Shown: one piece after another, positions 20,073 to 28,719 of the stretch
Numbering within the stretch: position 1 is the stretch's first letter
Layout of the letters: each line of letters starts with the position of its first letter
DNA from: Spirochaetia bacterium
GTDB taxonomy: Bacteria; Spirochaetota; Spirochaetia; DSM-2461
Direction: 5' to 3'
Assembly: GCA_963668315.1 (NCBI GenBank)
Contig: OY764216.1
Coordinates: forward strand, 1,952,001 to 2,016,000
DNA: 64,000 nt
The notes under the pieces: model-generated
What the model was told of the DNA's origin: nothing
What the model saw: only the letters and a program-made list of their open reading frames with translations
The model's database searches: none
Made by a program: the position numbers and the translations under genes

Positions 20073-20158
20073 AATAGGCTCCCGTTCTTTTTTTCGAGTA
20101 TAGGGCAGAGGAGAAGATTCTTCAATGGCCGGTGTTTCCATACGGGGCTGGAATTCGG

Positions 20159-20187
20159 TTGACAGGGAAGTGGCCCCTATCTATCAT
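20159..20187 (+). promoter_or_regulatory. sigma70 promoter of the MerR gene
   Basis: TTGACA (20159-20164), 17 bp, TATCAT (20182-20187). Confidence 0.65.
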
Positions 20188-20217
20188 AGATTCTCCCCCA
20201 GGGAGAGGAGAACTCCG

Positions 20218-21024
20218 GTGAAGCTGTATAACATAAGTGAGGCGGCCAAGATCCTCAATGTATCGAGCGGTCTTTTGCGCCATTATGAGAAATTGGGCCT
20301 TATCGTTCCCATACGGGAGGAGAACGGCTACCGCTGCTTCAGCATAAGCGATATCGATATGCTGCTGGGGATCAGGCGATTCAGAAATATGGGCTTTCCC
20401 CTGGAAGATATGGAGCTTCTTATCGATAAGGGCGATTATGACCAGGTCAGGGAGCAGTATCACAGGCGGATTAACTCTCTTGAAGGGGAGATTGAAGAAA
20501 AGCGGAGAGTTCTTGACGCCCTGATAAATCTGTCCTCTGAGATTGATGGCGTAGGGGTGAATGAAGGCCGGTTTGAGGAAACCCTGAGTCCCGAAGTCCT
20601 TCGTATCGACAGTCGGGAAAATGACAGTTTTCGTCTGGAGGGGATAACCGAAGAGACCCTTCGCTGGGTGGATCAGATGCCTCAGGTCTCGATCTCCCCT
20701 CTCTTTCCGCTCCCATCCGTTCTTTCCGGCAGGAAGGATGTGAAATTCGGTTTTATCGCTCCCTACGGATTGGCGAAGGAAATGAAGCTGGATAAAACGG
20801 AAAATACCGGATATTTCCCTCCCGTACCCTGTATCTCCACGATTCTCTTCAGCGCGGGGGAAGAGAGAATTCATGCGGGCAAGCTGGCTCCTTTTCTGGC
20901 TTATTTTCGGGAAAACCGCTATGAACCGGCGGGAGATCCCTGGGGCATTACGATAGGCAATTACAATGAGGACGGGCGGCATAAAAGGTTTCACCGGATC
21001 TATTTTCCCGTAAGAAAAAAATAA
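20218..21024 (+). CDS. MerR-family transcriptional regulator with C-terminal effector (GyrI-like) domain
   Basis: YNISEAAKILNVSSGLLRHYEKLGLI.P.R..NGYR HTH; coiled coil; GTG 20218 with GAGGAG RBS. Confidence 0.9.
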   Translation: MKLYNISEAAKILNVSSGLLRHYEKLGLIVPIREENGYRCFSISDIDMLLGIRRFRNMGFPLEDMELLIDKGDYDQVREQYHRRINSLEGEIEEKRRVLDALINLSSEIDGVGVNEGRFEETLSPEVLRIDSRENDSFRLEGITEETLRWVDQMPQVSISPLFPLPSVLSGRKDVKFGFIAPYGLAKEMKLDKTENTGYFPPVPCISTILFSAGEERIHAGKLAPFLAYFRENRYEPAGDPWGITIGNYNEDGRHKRFHRIYFPVRKK

Positions 21025-21040
21025 AAAAATATCTACTTTC

Positions 21041-21071
21041 TTGACTTTACAATTGTTGTAAGGATTAACAT
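21041..21071 (+). promoter_or_regulatory. MerR-type promoter/operator (19-bp spacer containing a dyad)
   Basis: TTGACT (21041-21046), 19-bp spacer holding TTACAA-TTG-TTGTAA (21047-21061), TAACAT (21066-21071). Confidence 0.8.
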
Positions 21072-21114
21072 TCTCCCCGGTCCGGTCACTGCGGACCGAA
21101 AAGGAGAGTTGTCA

Positions 21115-23046
21115 ATGAAAAAGACGTTGATGCGAAAATTGTTAACAGTTGCGCTTCTTGCCGCTGCCGGTATGTTTCTTATCGGGTGCGGAGGGGCAGG
21201 AAAGGGGTACAAACCGGGTACTTATGAAGGTTCGGGTACGGGTATCCACGGAGAGATCAAGCTCTCGGTCACTTTTTCTGAAAGTGAGATTACCGGGATT
21301 GAGGTCGTTTCCCAGAGCGAAACGGAAGGTGTATCCGATCCGGCCTTCAAAAGGATTCCCGGAGAGATCATCAGAACCCAGTCTCTCGGTGTGGATACCA
21401 TTTCAGGCTGTACCTACTCCAGCAAGGGCATCATTGAGGCCGTCGGCGATGCGGTCGGCAAAGCCGGGGGAGATCCCGAGAAGCTTAAAGCCGTTCCTGT
21501 GACCCAGGCGGTAGCGGGCGAGAAAATTGAGAAGACCGCCGATATAATCGTTGTGGGAGGAGGCGGTGCGGGTATGGCCGCCGCGACTTCGGCTGCGGAG
21601 AATGGCGCCACCGTCATCATTCTGGAAAAAACCGCCGCCCTGGGAGGAAATACTCTCGTCAGCGGACTGGCCATGAATGCCGCCGATCCGGAAAAACAGA
21701 AACTGATTAAATCCATGCCCGGACAGGATACGACCCTGGAAAGTGTTCTGAGTTATGATGAAAGGGAGTTCGGAGAATTCGCCGGAACCCTGAACACCCT
21801 GAAGGGACAGATTCGGGATTATCTGGCCGGCGACCGTTCCTATGTCTTTGATTCGGTGGAATGGCACATGATCCAGACCTATATGGGCGGTAAGAGAACC
21901 GATCTGAACGGGAAACATTATGAGGGAAAGCTTGAATTCCTCTCGATTCTTTGCGGCAAGAGCCTTGAGACATACAAGTGGCTCGGCCATGTCGTCGGAA
22001 TTCCCCTGTCCGATACGATAGGTTCTCCGGTAGGTTCCATGTGGATAAGGGGACATAACTTTCAGGCCAAACCTGACGTGTTTAAATATACCAGCGAATT
22101 CGTGACGACCCGCGGCGGAGAGATCATGCTCGAAACACGGGCAGAGCATCTGATCGTCGAGAACGGCGCCGTAACCGGAGTGGAAGCCCGTAAACTGGAC
22201 GGGACCGAGGTCGTCGTTCATGCTGCAAAGGGCGTTATTATCACGACGGGTGGTTTCGGCGGTAACGGCGATATGGTGAGGGAGTACAACACCTACTGGC
22301 CCGAAATACCCGAAGGCATCAAAACCACCTGTGTCGCCTCCGCTACGGGAGATGGCATTAATCTGGGCCTCGAGGCGGGAGCCAATGTCGTCGACATGGG
22401 CGTCACACAGCTCATGCCCACGGCGAATGCCACGACCGGAGCCCTTATCGACGGGCTTCTTGTCGCCCCGCAGAACTACATTTTCGTCAACAAGGAAGGA
22501 AAGCGGTTCGTTAACGAGTATTCCGAACGGGATGTCCTTGCCTCGGCCGTGCTCAAGCAGACCGACGGCCTGTTCTTCACCATAGCCGATCAGCCGATGG
22601 CCGGAACGGTTCAGAACCATGCTCCCCAGGAAGAGATCGACAAGATGGTTGAAAAGGGTCTTATCTATAAGGCTGACAGCCTGGCCGCTCTTGCTGAGAA
22701 AATCGGCTGCGATGCGTCGGTGTTTGAAAAGACCATTGCCTACTATAACAGCTGCGTCGACAGAGGCGAGGATCCCGAATTCGGGAAGAATGTGTTCCAG
22801 ATGAAGGTGGAAACGGCTCCCTTCTATGCCGTTCCCTCCCGTCCCGCCGTCCATCATACCATGGGAGGACTGCAGATTAACACCAGCGCCGAAGTTCTGG
22901 GAACTGACGGGACTCCCGTAGAAGGCCTGTATGCCGCCGGCGAGGTTACCGGGGGAATCCATGCGGGAAACCGTCTGGGAGGAAATGCTATTGCGGACTG
23001 CATGGTCTTCGGCAGAATCGCCGGTAAAACCGCAGCGGCGGAGTAG
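21115..23046 (+). CDS. Flavinylated lipoprotein FAD reductase (FMN-bind + FAD_binding_2; flavocytochrome c family), probably urocanate reductase-like
   Basis: Lipobox LIGC; FMN-bind domain with DTISGCT; GGGGAG FAD motif; HHTMGG; GNRLGGNA; QLMP where fumarate reductases have QxHP. Confidence 0.85.
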   Translation: MKKTLMRKLLTVALLAAAGMFLIGCGGAGKGYKPGTYEGSGTGIHGEIKLSVTFSESEITGIEVVSQSETEGVSDPAFKRIPGEIIRTQSLGVDTISGCTYSSKGIIEAVGDAVGKAGGDPEKLKAVPVTQAVAGEKIEKTADIIVVGGGGAGMAAATSAAENGATVIILEKTAALGGNTLVSGLAMNAADPEKQKLIKSMPGQDTTLESVLSYDEREFGEFAGTLNTLKGQIRDYLAGDRSYVFDSVEWHMIQTYMGGKRTDLNGKHYEGKLEFLSILCGKSLETYKWLGHVVGIPLSDTIGSPVGSMWIRGHNFQAKPDVFKYTSEFVTTRGGEIMLETRAEHLIVENGAVTGVEARKLDGTEVVVHAAKGVIITTGGFGGNGDMVREYNTYWPEIPEGIKTTCVASATGDGINLGLEAGANVVDMGVTQLMPTANATTGALIDGLLVAPQNYIFVNKEGKRFVNEYSERDVLASAVLKQTDGLFFTIADQPMAGTVQNHAPQEEIDKMVEKGLIYKADSLAALAEKIGCDASVFEKTIAYYNSCVDRGEDPEFGKNVFQMKVETAPFYAVPSRPAVHHTMGGLQINTSAEVLGTDGTPVEGLYAAGEVTGGIHAGNRLGGNAIADCMVFGRIAGKTAAAE

Positions 23047-23151
23047 GGCGGCTTCTCAAATCCCGTAAAATCAGGTGAAATCTCTTCTGGACTTCTAAGC
23101 GGCCATGACCTATCATCAAATTAGAAAGGCCGCTGAAGGAAGGAGGAGATT

Positions 23152-23532
23152 GTGACTGACAAGGATATGATTCTCAATGAAAGGGAAAGAGAGCTGGTAA
23201 GGGAGCTGGAGGAGTATAAACGGGAAAAGGAGAGGGTCAAGCGCCTTCTGGGAACGATGGGAGGCCATGTCACGGGGAAAAGGGAGATTTTCATTAATAT
23301 CCTGTTCCTTTTGGTGGTTCTGGCTTTTGTTGCCCTTGAGATCGCGACTCATTTTCTTCCCCCCTTTGTTTCGCTTGAGGTCGGCCTTCTTTTCCTTTCC
23401 GTAAAAATCGTCTGGATGATGTATAATGCCCGCCGGGTTAATCATTTTCAGTTCTGGATACTGAATTCGATCGAGTACCGGGTCAATCAGCTGGACAGGA
23501 AACTGAATGAGATTGACCGGAGGGTCAGATGA
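23152..23532 (+). CDS. Hypothetical membrane protein (2 TM, coiled coils)
   Basis: GTG with AGGAGGAG RBS; two hydrophobic helices; ATGA overlap with sixA. Confidence 0.75.
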   Translation: MTDKDMILNERERELVRELEEYKREKERVKRLLGTMGGHVTGKREIFINILFLLVVLAFVALEIATHFLPPFVSLEVGLLFLSVKIVWMMYNARRVNHFQFWILNSIEYRVNQLDRKLNEIDRRVR

Positions 23533-24014
23533 AGCGTCTTGTTCTTGTCCGCCATGGGAAAAGCGACTGGGGAGATATGACGCTGCAGGATATCGACCGC
23601 CCCCTGAACGGGCGTGGAAGGAAGGATGCTCCCCGAATGGCCCGTTATCTATCGGAGCGGCATATCGTTCCGGATCTGATGATTTCCAGTCCCGCCCTGA
23701 GAGCCAGGGAGACGGCCCGGGCCATGGCCGATGTTTTCGCCTATCCGGAGGAGCGTCTTGAGACGGCCAAATCCCTTTATCCCGGCTGTCCCGTAACACT
23801 GGAGGGAGCGGTGGATTTTACTCCCGAAGAGGTGGAGACGCTTTTTGTTGTGGCCCATAATCCCGGAATAAGCCATTACGCGTCGGCCTTAACCGGCTCG
23901 CCCCTGGATTTACCTACCTGCGGTGCAGTCATCTGCGAAGGGGAGGGTGGCTGGACCGGTTTCTCTGTGATCCGCTGGGAAATCCTTATGCCGAAATCTC
24001 TTCCTCCGGAATAA
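23529..24014 (+). CDS. sixA: SixA-like histidine phosphatase
   Basis: LVRHGKS, DRPLN.RG, SSPA.RA.ETA, VAHNP. Confidence 0.88.
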   Translation: MKRLVLVRHGKSDWGDMTLQDIDRPLNGRGRKDAPRMARYLSERHIVPDLMISSPALRARETARAMADVFAYPEERLETAKSLYPGCPVTLEGAVDFTPEEVETLFVVAHNPGISHYASALTGSPLDLPTCGAVICEGEGGWTGFSVIRWEILMPKSLPPE

Positions 24015-24114
24015 AATATGTAAAAATGACATAGTGGCTCTTGACCGATCAGGGGATTACGGGATATTCCTTATCACAGTTTACCCCATGTAAAACGGGG
24101 TTCCGGGAGTCTCC

Positions 24115-25770
24115 ATGAAGGACATTTTCTATCCTAAGTTTTTTTCCCTTGCCAAGGCGGGAATCCCCCGCGAGCAGGTTTCCTCCGATATTCTTGCCGG
24201 AGTTGTAGTGGGCATTGTCGCCCTTCCTCTGTCAATCGCTTTCGCCGTTGCTTCCGGTGTCAGTCCCGAGAAAGGGCTGATTACGGGAGTCGTCGCAGGA
24301 TTTCTCATCGCCTTTCTGGGCGGCAGCCGGGTTCAGATCGGCGGTCCCACGGGGGCTTTTGTCGTCATCGTCTCAGGGATTGTCCAGAAGTACGGGATAG
24401 AGGGGCTTTTCTACTCCAATGTTATCGCCGGAATCTTTCTTATCCTTTTCGGAGTCTTCAAGATAGGGCGGCTGCTCAAATATATTCCCCATCCCCTGAC
24501 CGTCGGATTTACCAGCGGTATCGCCCTCGTGATCTTTACCACCCAGATCAAGGATGCCCTGGGGCTGCCGCTGGATGCCGTTCCGGCCGAATTCCTGGAA
24601 AAATGGGCCGTCTATCTTACCCACTTGTCCGGAATTAACCCTTACGCTCTAGCCATCACGCTGGCCACCATCGCCATCTCCCTGATCACCGGCCGGATCA
24701 CCAGAAGAATCCCCGGTTCTTTTATCGCCATCGTCCTGGTGAGCCTTGCCGTTCAGCTTCTCCATATGCCCGTGGAAACTATCGGCTCCCTCTACGGTGA
24801 TATCCCCAACCGCTTTCAGCTGACCATGCCCGGCATGCCGGATATGTCCCTCCTGGGAGGATATCTGCAGTCCGGTCTTGTCATTGCTCTGCTGGGGGGA
24901 ATTGAATCCCTTCTCTCCGCTTCGGTGGCTGACGGTATGATAAGCGGAAACCACCGTTCCAACACGGAGCTGGTAGCCCAGGGTATCGCCAACGTCGTCT
25001 GCCCCTTTATGGGGGGGATTCCGGCGACCGGAGCCATTGCCCGGACCGCGGCCAATGTCAAGAACGGAGGCCGGACTCCCATCGCCGGCATGGTGCATGC
25101 CCTGACCCTTCTTTCGGTGATGCTCTTTTTCGGTCCCTGGGCCCGGTTCATCCCCATGTCCTGTCTGGCGGGGATTCTGATTGTCGTCTCCTATAATATG
25201 AGTGAATGGCGCTCCTTCCGTGCCATGCTTAAAGGGCACGGCTCGGATGTGATCGTTCTTCTCGTCACCTTTGTCCTTACCGTGGTGGTGGACCTGGTGG
25301 CCGCCATCGAGGTGGGAGTGGTTCTTTCCAGTCTGCTCTTCATGAAGCGGATGGCCGATCTGGCCGATAAAAGAATCGATTTCGTGGTGGATACCGATGT
25401 CATTGACGATTATTCCGATCTGCCCGATGGACTCGGGATATATGAGATAAGCGGTCCCCTCTTTTTTGCTTCGGTCCGACGTTATGTGGAGCTTCTCAAG
25501 GAGATCGGCCTGAGAAACAGGGTGCTCATCATTCGCATGCGCCACGTGGCCTTTATCGATCATACGGGAAAAATCAATCTTTTTGATGCTCTGAAGTTCT
25601 TGAAGGATAAGGGCATTGTCGTGCTTATTTCCGGTCTGGAAAAGAGTGTGGAGAAGAGCCTTCTGGAAGACGGCCTCGATTCCCTTGTCCCCGGGGAGAA
25701 TCTTTTTTCCTCCTACCGGGAAGCGGCGGAGCGGGGCGAGTCCCTTATGGCCGCCTCTGCCGGCCGGTGA
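24115..25770 (+). CDS. SulP/SLC26 inorganic anion transporter with STAS domain
   Basis: DILAG..VGIVALPLSIAFA.ASG, GGSRVQIGGPTGAF, PATGAIART, C-terminal STAS (GPLFFAS). Confidence 0.93.
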   Translation: MKDIFYPKFFSLAKAGIPREQVSSDILAGVVVGIVALPLSIAFAVASGVSPEKGLITGVVAGFLIAFLGGSRVQIGGPTGAFVVIVSGIVQKYGIEGLFYSNVIAGIFLILFGVFKIGRLLKYIPHPLTVGFTSGIALVIFTTQIKDALGLPLDAVPAEFLEKWAVYLTHLSGINPYALAITLATIAISLITGRITRRIPGSFIAIVLVSLAVQLLHMPVETIGSLYGDIPNRFQLTMPGMPDMSLLGGYLQSGLVIALLGGIESLLSASVADGMISGNHRSNTELVAQGIANVVCPFMGGIPATGAIARTAANVKNGGRTPIAGMVHALTLLSVMLFFGPWARFIPMSCLAGILIVVSYNMSEWRSFRAMLKGHGSDVIVLLVTFVLTVVVDLVAAIEVGVVLSSLLFMKRMADLADKRIDFVVDTDVIDDYSDLPDGLGIYEISGPLFFASVRRYVELLKEIGLRNRVLIIRMRHVAFIDHTGKINLFDALKFLKDKGIVVLISGLEKSVEKSLLEDGLDSLVPGENLFSSYREAAERGESLMAASAGR

Positions 25771-25860
25771 GAAGTCTCTTCGTCATTCGGGGGGAAGTTC
25801 ATCTACTGTTTATATTCTGTTTATTTTCCTGATTTTTTCCCCGGGTATACTTAACCCCCT

Positions 25861-27249
25861 ATGAACAGGACCGCTTTTTGTTTTTTACTGATCTTCTCCA
25901 CGGTCATTAGCCTATGGGCCGAATCGGAGCAGGCCGATCCGCCCCGGAATGTTCTGGTATTCGGACCGCTGACCTGGAATGCCCTGCTGTGGTTTCCCCA
26001 GAATCTGGTCGGAGTCGAGTTCGCCCAGGTCTCCCCGTCGGACTGGGAAAACCATCTGTCCCACCCCTGGGTATGGGATAACGATGAATTTTCCGTAAAC
26101 CAGATAGGCCATCCCTATCAGGGATCGCTTACCTATACTACCGCCCGGGGCGCCGGGTGGGGATTTCCCGAAAGCCTCTCCTCCACCATGCTCGGCAGCG
26201 TCTCCTGGGAGCTCTTCATGGAGAACGAACGGCCCTCCCGGAATGACCTGATCGTCACATCCATGGGAGGCGTGTCCCTGGGCGAGATGCTCTTCCGCCT
26301 CTCCGAGGCTGCCCGGTGGGAGGAAGGGGGTAAGACCGATTCGTTGGGACGGAACCTTCTCTCCTGGGCACTGGCTCCCGGCAGCCGTATGAGCGGCCTC
26401 CTCTACGAACAGCAGGCGCCGACCCGGTATTTTCCCCTGAGGTTCGAGGCCGGTCTTTCCGGTATGGCCGATCTGAACAGCGGCGAACTGACTGAGAGTC
26501 CCGAAGGGCAGGATGCCGGTATCGAAGGGGTGGGACAGCTGAATTTCAATCTTCTTTACGGCGATGTTCCGGACAGGGGGGAAACCCGTCCTTTCGATGT
26601 ATTTCTGCTTCGGGGAGAGGCCGGACTCGGAAAGGACGATTTTTACGCGTCCCTCTTTTCCGAAGGGCTTCTGGGGGGTATCCCCGTTTATGCCGGAGGG
26701 GGAGAGGAAGACATACTGGGAATTTTTCTCCACTACGACTTTATTTATAACGACGTGATTAATCTCAGCGCCAACAGCCTGGGGCTGGGGTATATGCACG
26801 GACTCTCCCAGGCTTCCCGATGGGAGAAGGGCTTGTTTTACGGCCTTTATCTCTCTTTTGTTGTCAACGGGGGGACGGAGTGTCTCTTCCTGAAATTCCA
26901 GGATATGGTCTACGGAGAGCCGGAAGAGGAACGGAGGAGTTACGATATGGGCGTGGGGGCGAACGGCAAAATCCTCGTCGAATACTCCTTTGACCGGAAC
27001 TTCACCCTCTGGGGCCGTTATTACGCCTATTGGCTCTATTTTTACCCCGCCGCCGTTCCGGAAGGGGGATCTACGGGCACGGCCTGGAGAGATCTTCTGG
27101 AACTGGGATTTCAGAAAAGCCTGGGAAACCGGATGCAGGCGGAATTCTCCTTTATGCGGGGGTACAGCCGGACGGATTACCGGAACCGGCAGGATGCGGC
27201 CGGAGATACCCTGGGAGTCCGCATGGGCCTGTCCTGGAAGCTTTTATAG
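25861..27249 (+). CDS. DUF3943-domain outer-membrane/secreted protein
   Basis: Signal peptide; WVWD.D.F..NQIGHPYQGS...ARG.G and WE..ME.E.PS.NDL motifs; beta-strand-rich C-terminus. Confidence 0.75.
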   Translation: MNRTAFCFLLIFSTVISLWAESEQADPPRNVLVFGPLTWNALLWFPQNLVGVEFAQVSPSDWENHLSHPWVWDNDEFSVNQIGHPYQGSLTYTTARGAGWGFPESLSSTMLGSVSWELFMENERPSRNDLIVTSMGGVSLGEMLFRLSEAARWEEGGKTDSLGRNLLSWALAPGSRMSGLLYEQQAPTRYFPLRFEAGLSGMADLNSGELTESPEGQDAGIEGVGQLNFNLLYGDVPDRGETRPFDVFLLRGEAGLGKDDFYASLFSEGLLGGIPVYAGGGEEDILGIFLHYDFIYNDVINLSANSLGLGYMHGLSQASRWEKGLFYGLYLSFVVNGGTECLFLKFQDMVYGEPEEERRSYDMGVGANGKILVEYSFDRNFTLWGRYYAYWLYFYPAAVPEGGSTGTAWRDLLELGFQKSLGNRMQAEFSFMRGYSRTDYRNRQDAAGDTLGVRMGLSWKLL

Positions 27250-27264
27250 TCCCTCCCAAGCCCC

Positions 27265-27294
27265 TTGCACAGCCGGTCCTTTTCCCCCTATAGT
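27265..27294 (+). promoter_or_regulatory. sigma70 promoter (leaderless geometry) for the FHA operon
   Basis: TTGCAC (27265-27270), 18 bp, TATAGT (27289-27294), 6 nt, ATG 27301. Confidence 0.55.
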
Positions 27295-27300
27295 GTTTTT

Positions 27301-27672
27301 ATGAGCAACGAGGACCAGACGATTATCAAGAAAAGCCCGAGGAAGATAAAAAGTTCCTTCCAGCTGAAAGAGCGGGGTGTGTTAGTGGTGCTTTCCGGAA
27401 AGGAAGTGGGGAAAAGCTGCCTTATTGATAAAGAGGTTACGACTATCGGCCGGGGAGAAACATGCAGTTTGGTTCTCGGCGATGATCTTGTCAGCAAGGA
27501 GCACTGCCTGATCCGGGCCGAGGGGGGGTATTTCTTTATCGAGGATCTCGATTCGTCCAACGGGACCTATCTGGACAGCAAGAAGATAAAAAAGAAAAGC
27601 CTTCTCAATGATTTCGAGCGTATTGTGATCGGTAAAACCGTTCTTCGTTTTTTCATCGAGGAATCACTGTAA
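27301..27672 (+). CDS. Stand-alone FHA domain protein
   Basis: IGR, VSKEH, DLDSSNGT FHA motifs. Confidence 0.88.
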   Translation: MSNEDQTIIKKSPRKIKSSFQLKERGVLVVLSGKEVGKSCLIDKEVTTIGRGETCSLVLGDDLVSKEHCLIRAEGGYFFIEDLDSSNGTYLDSKKIKKKSLLNDFERIVIGKTVLRFFIEESL

Positions 27673-27674
27673 TC

Positions 27675-28718
27675 ATGGATATACAACGCCTTCTGGAAGA
27701 GATCGAACAAGCCATAGAAGTCTGCCTGCCTCCCGAGTGCGGCCGGGCATGGCTGGAAAAAACCGCCGGTTCCGCCTGCCGGGTGGATGATTTTGTCCAG
27801 GTTGACCGGTTTGTTCAGCCTGGGCGGGACCTGGTCGGCCGCGGAGGGAAACGGTGGCGCCCTCTGGTCATGGTTTTAACCTGCCGCGCCCTGGGAGGGG
27901 GAGACCGGGCCATTCTCTTTTCTCCCCTTGTGGAACTGCCCCATAACGGCAGTCTCATCATCGATGATATTGAGGATAATTCGGTGGAGCGCCGGGGAAA
28001 GCCCGCAGTTCATCTTCTTTACGGAACGGATATCTCCATTAATGCGGGCAATCTCATGTACTTTCAGCCCACCTGGATTATTGACGAGGCCGATCTTCCG
28101 CCGGATCGTAAAAACCTCCTGTTCTCCGGTTACTGCGAAGATCTGCGACGTCTCCATTTGGGGCAGGGGCTGGATATCTACTGGCATAACCATCATGACC
28201 GTGTGCCTCCTGTGGAAGAATACCTTCAGATGTGCCGTTTCAAAACGGGCAGCCTTTCCCGCATGGCCGGCCGGTTCGGAGCTCTTCTGGCGGGGAAAAC
28301 CCGGGAGGAAGCCCTGGAAAACGCCGTTATCTGGGAGGATATCGGCGTGGGCTTCCAGATAGCCGACGACATTGCCAATCTGACAAAGGGGAATCCGGGA
28401 AAGGACCGGGGCGATGATATCGTCGAAGGAAAGAAGAGCCTTCCCGTGATTCTCCATTACCGCAACTCTCCCGAGACGCGGGAGGAGCTTTCGGCCTGTT
28501 TCCGGGAAGCCCGTGAGAAGGGCATCTCCGCCGGAAGGGATGCCGTGGAGAGGGCCATTGAACTGATAAGCCGTTCCGGGGCGCTGAAGGAAGCGGAAGA
28601 GAGGGGGCTGGAACTCCTGGAATCGGCGGTTGAAAGGCTGCGCGCCCTGCTTCCCGCCGGGGAGGACCGGGACAGCCTCACTGGTCTCATCGAAGGATTT
28701 CTGCGGAAAAAGGACTGA
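27675..28718 (+). CDS. Polyprenyl diphosphate synthase (GGPP synthase-like)
   Basis: GGKRWRP, FARM DDIED..RRG, GQGLD, KT, SARM FQIADD. Confidence 0.92.
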   Translation: MDIQRLLEEIEQAIEVCLPPECGRAWLEKTAGSACRVDDFVQVDRFVQPGRDLVGRGGKRWRPLVMVLTCRALGGGDRAILFSPLVELPHNGSLIIDDIEDNSVERRGKPAVHLLYGTDISINAGNLMYFQPTWIIDEADLPPDRKNLLFSGYCEDLRRLHLGQGLDIYWHNHHDRVPPVEEYLQMCRFKTGSLSRMAGRFGALLAGKTREEALENAVIWEDIGVGFQIADDIANLTKGNPGKDRGDDIVEGKKSLPVILHYRNSPETREELSACFREAREKGISAGRDAVERAIELISRSGALKEAEERGLELLESAVERLRALLPAGEDRDSLTGLIEGFLRKKD

Positions 28719-28719
28719 A

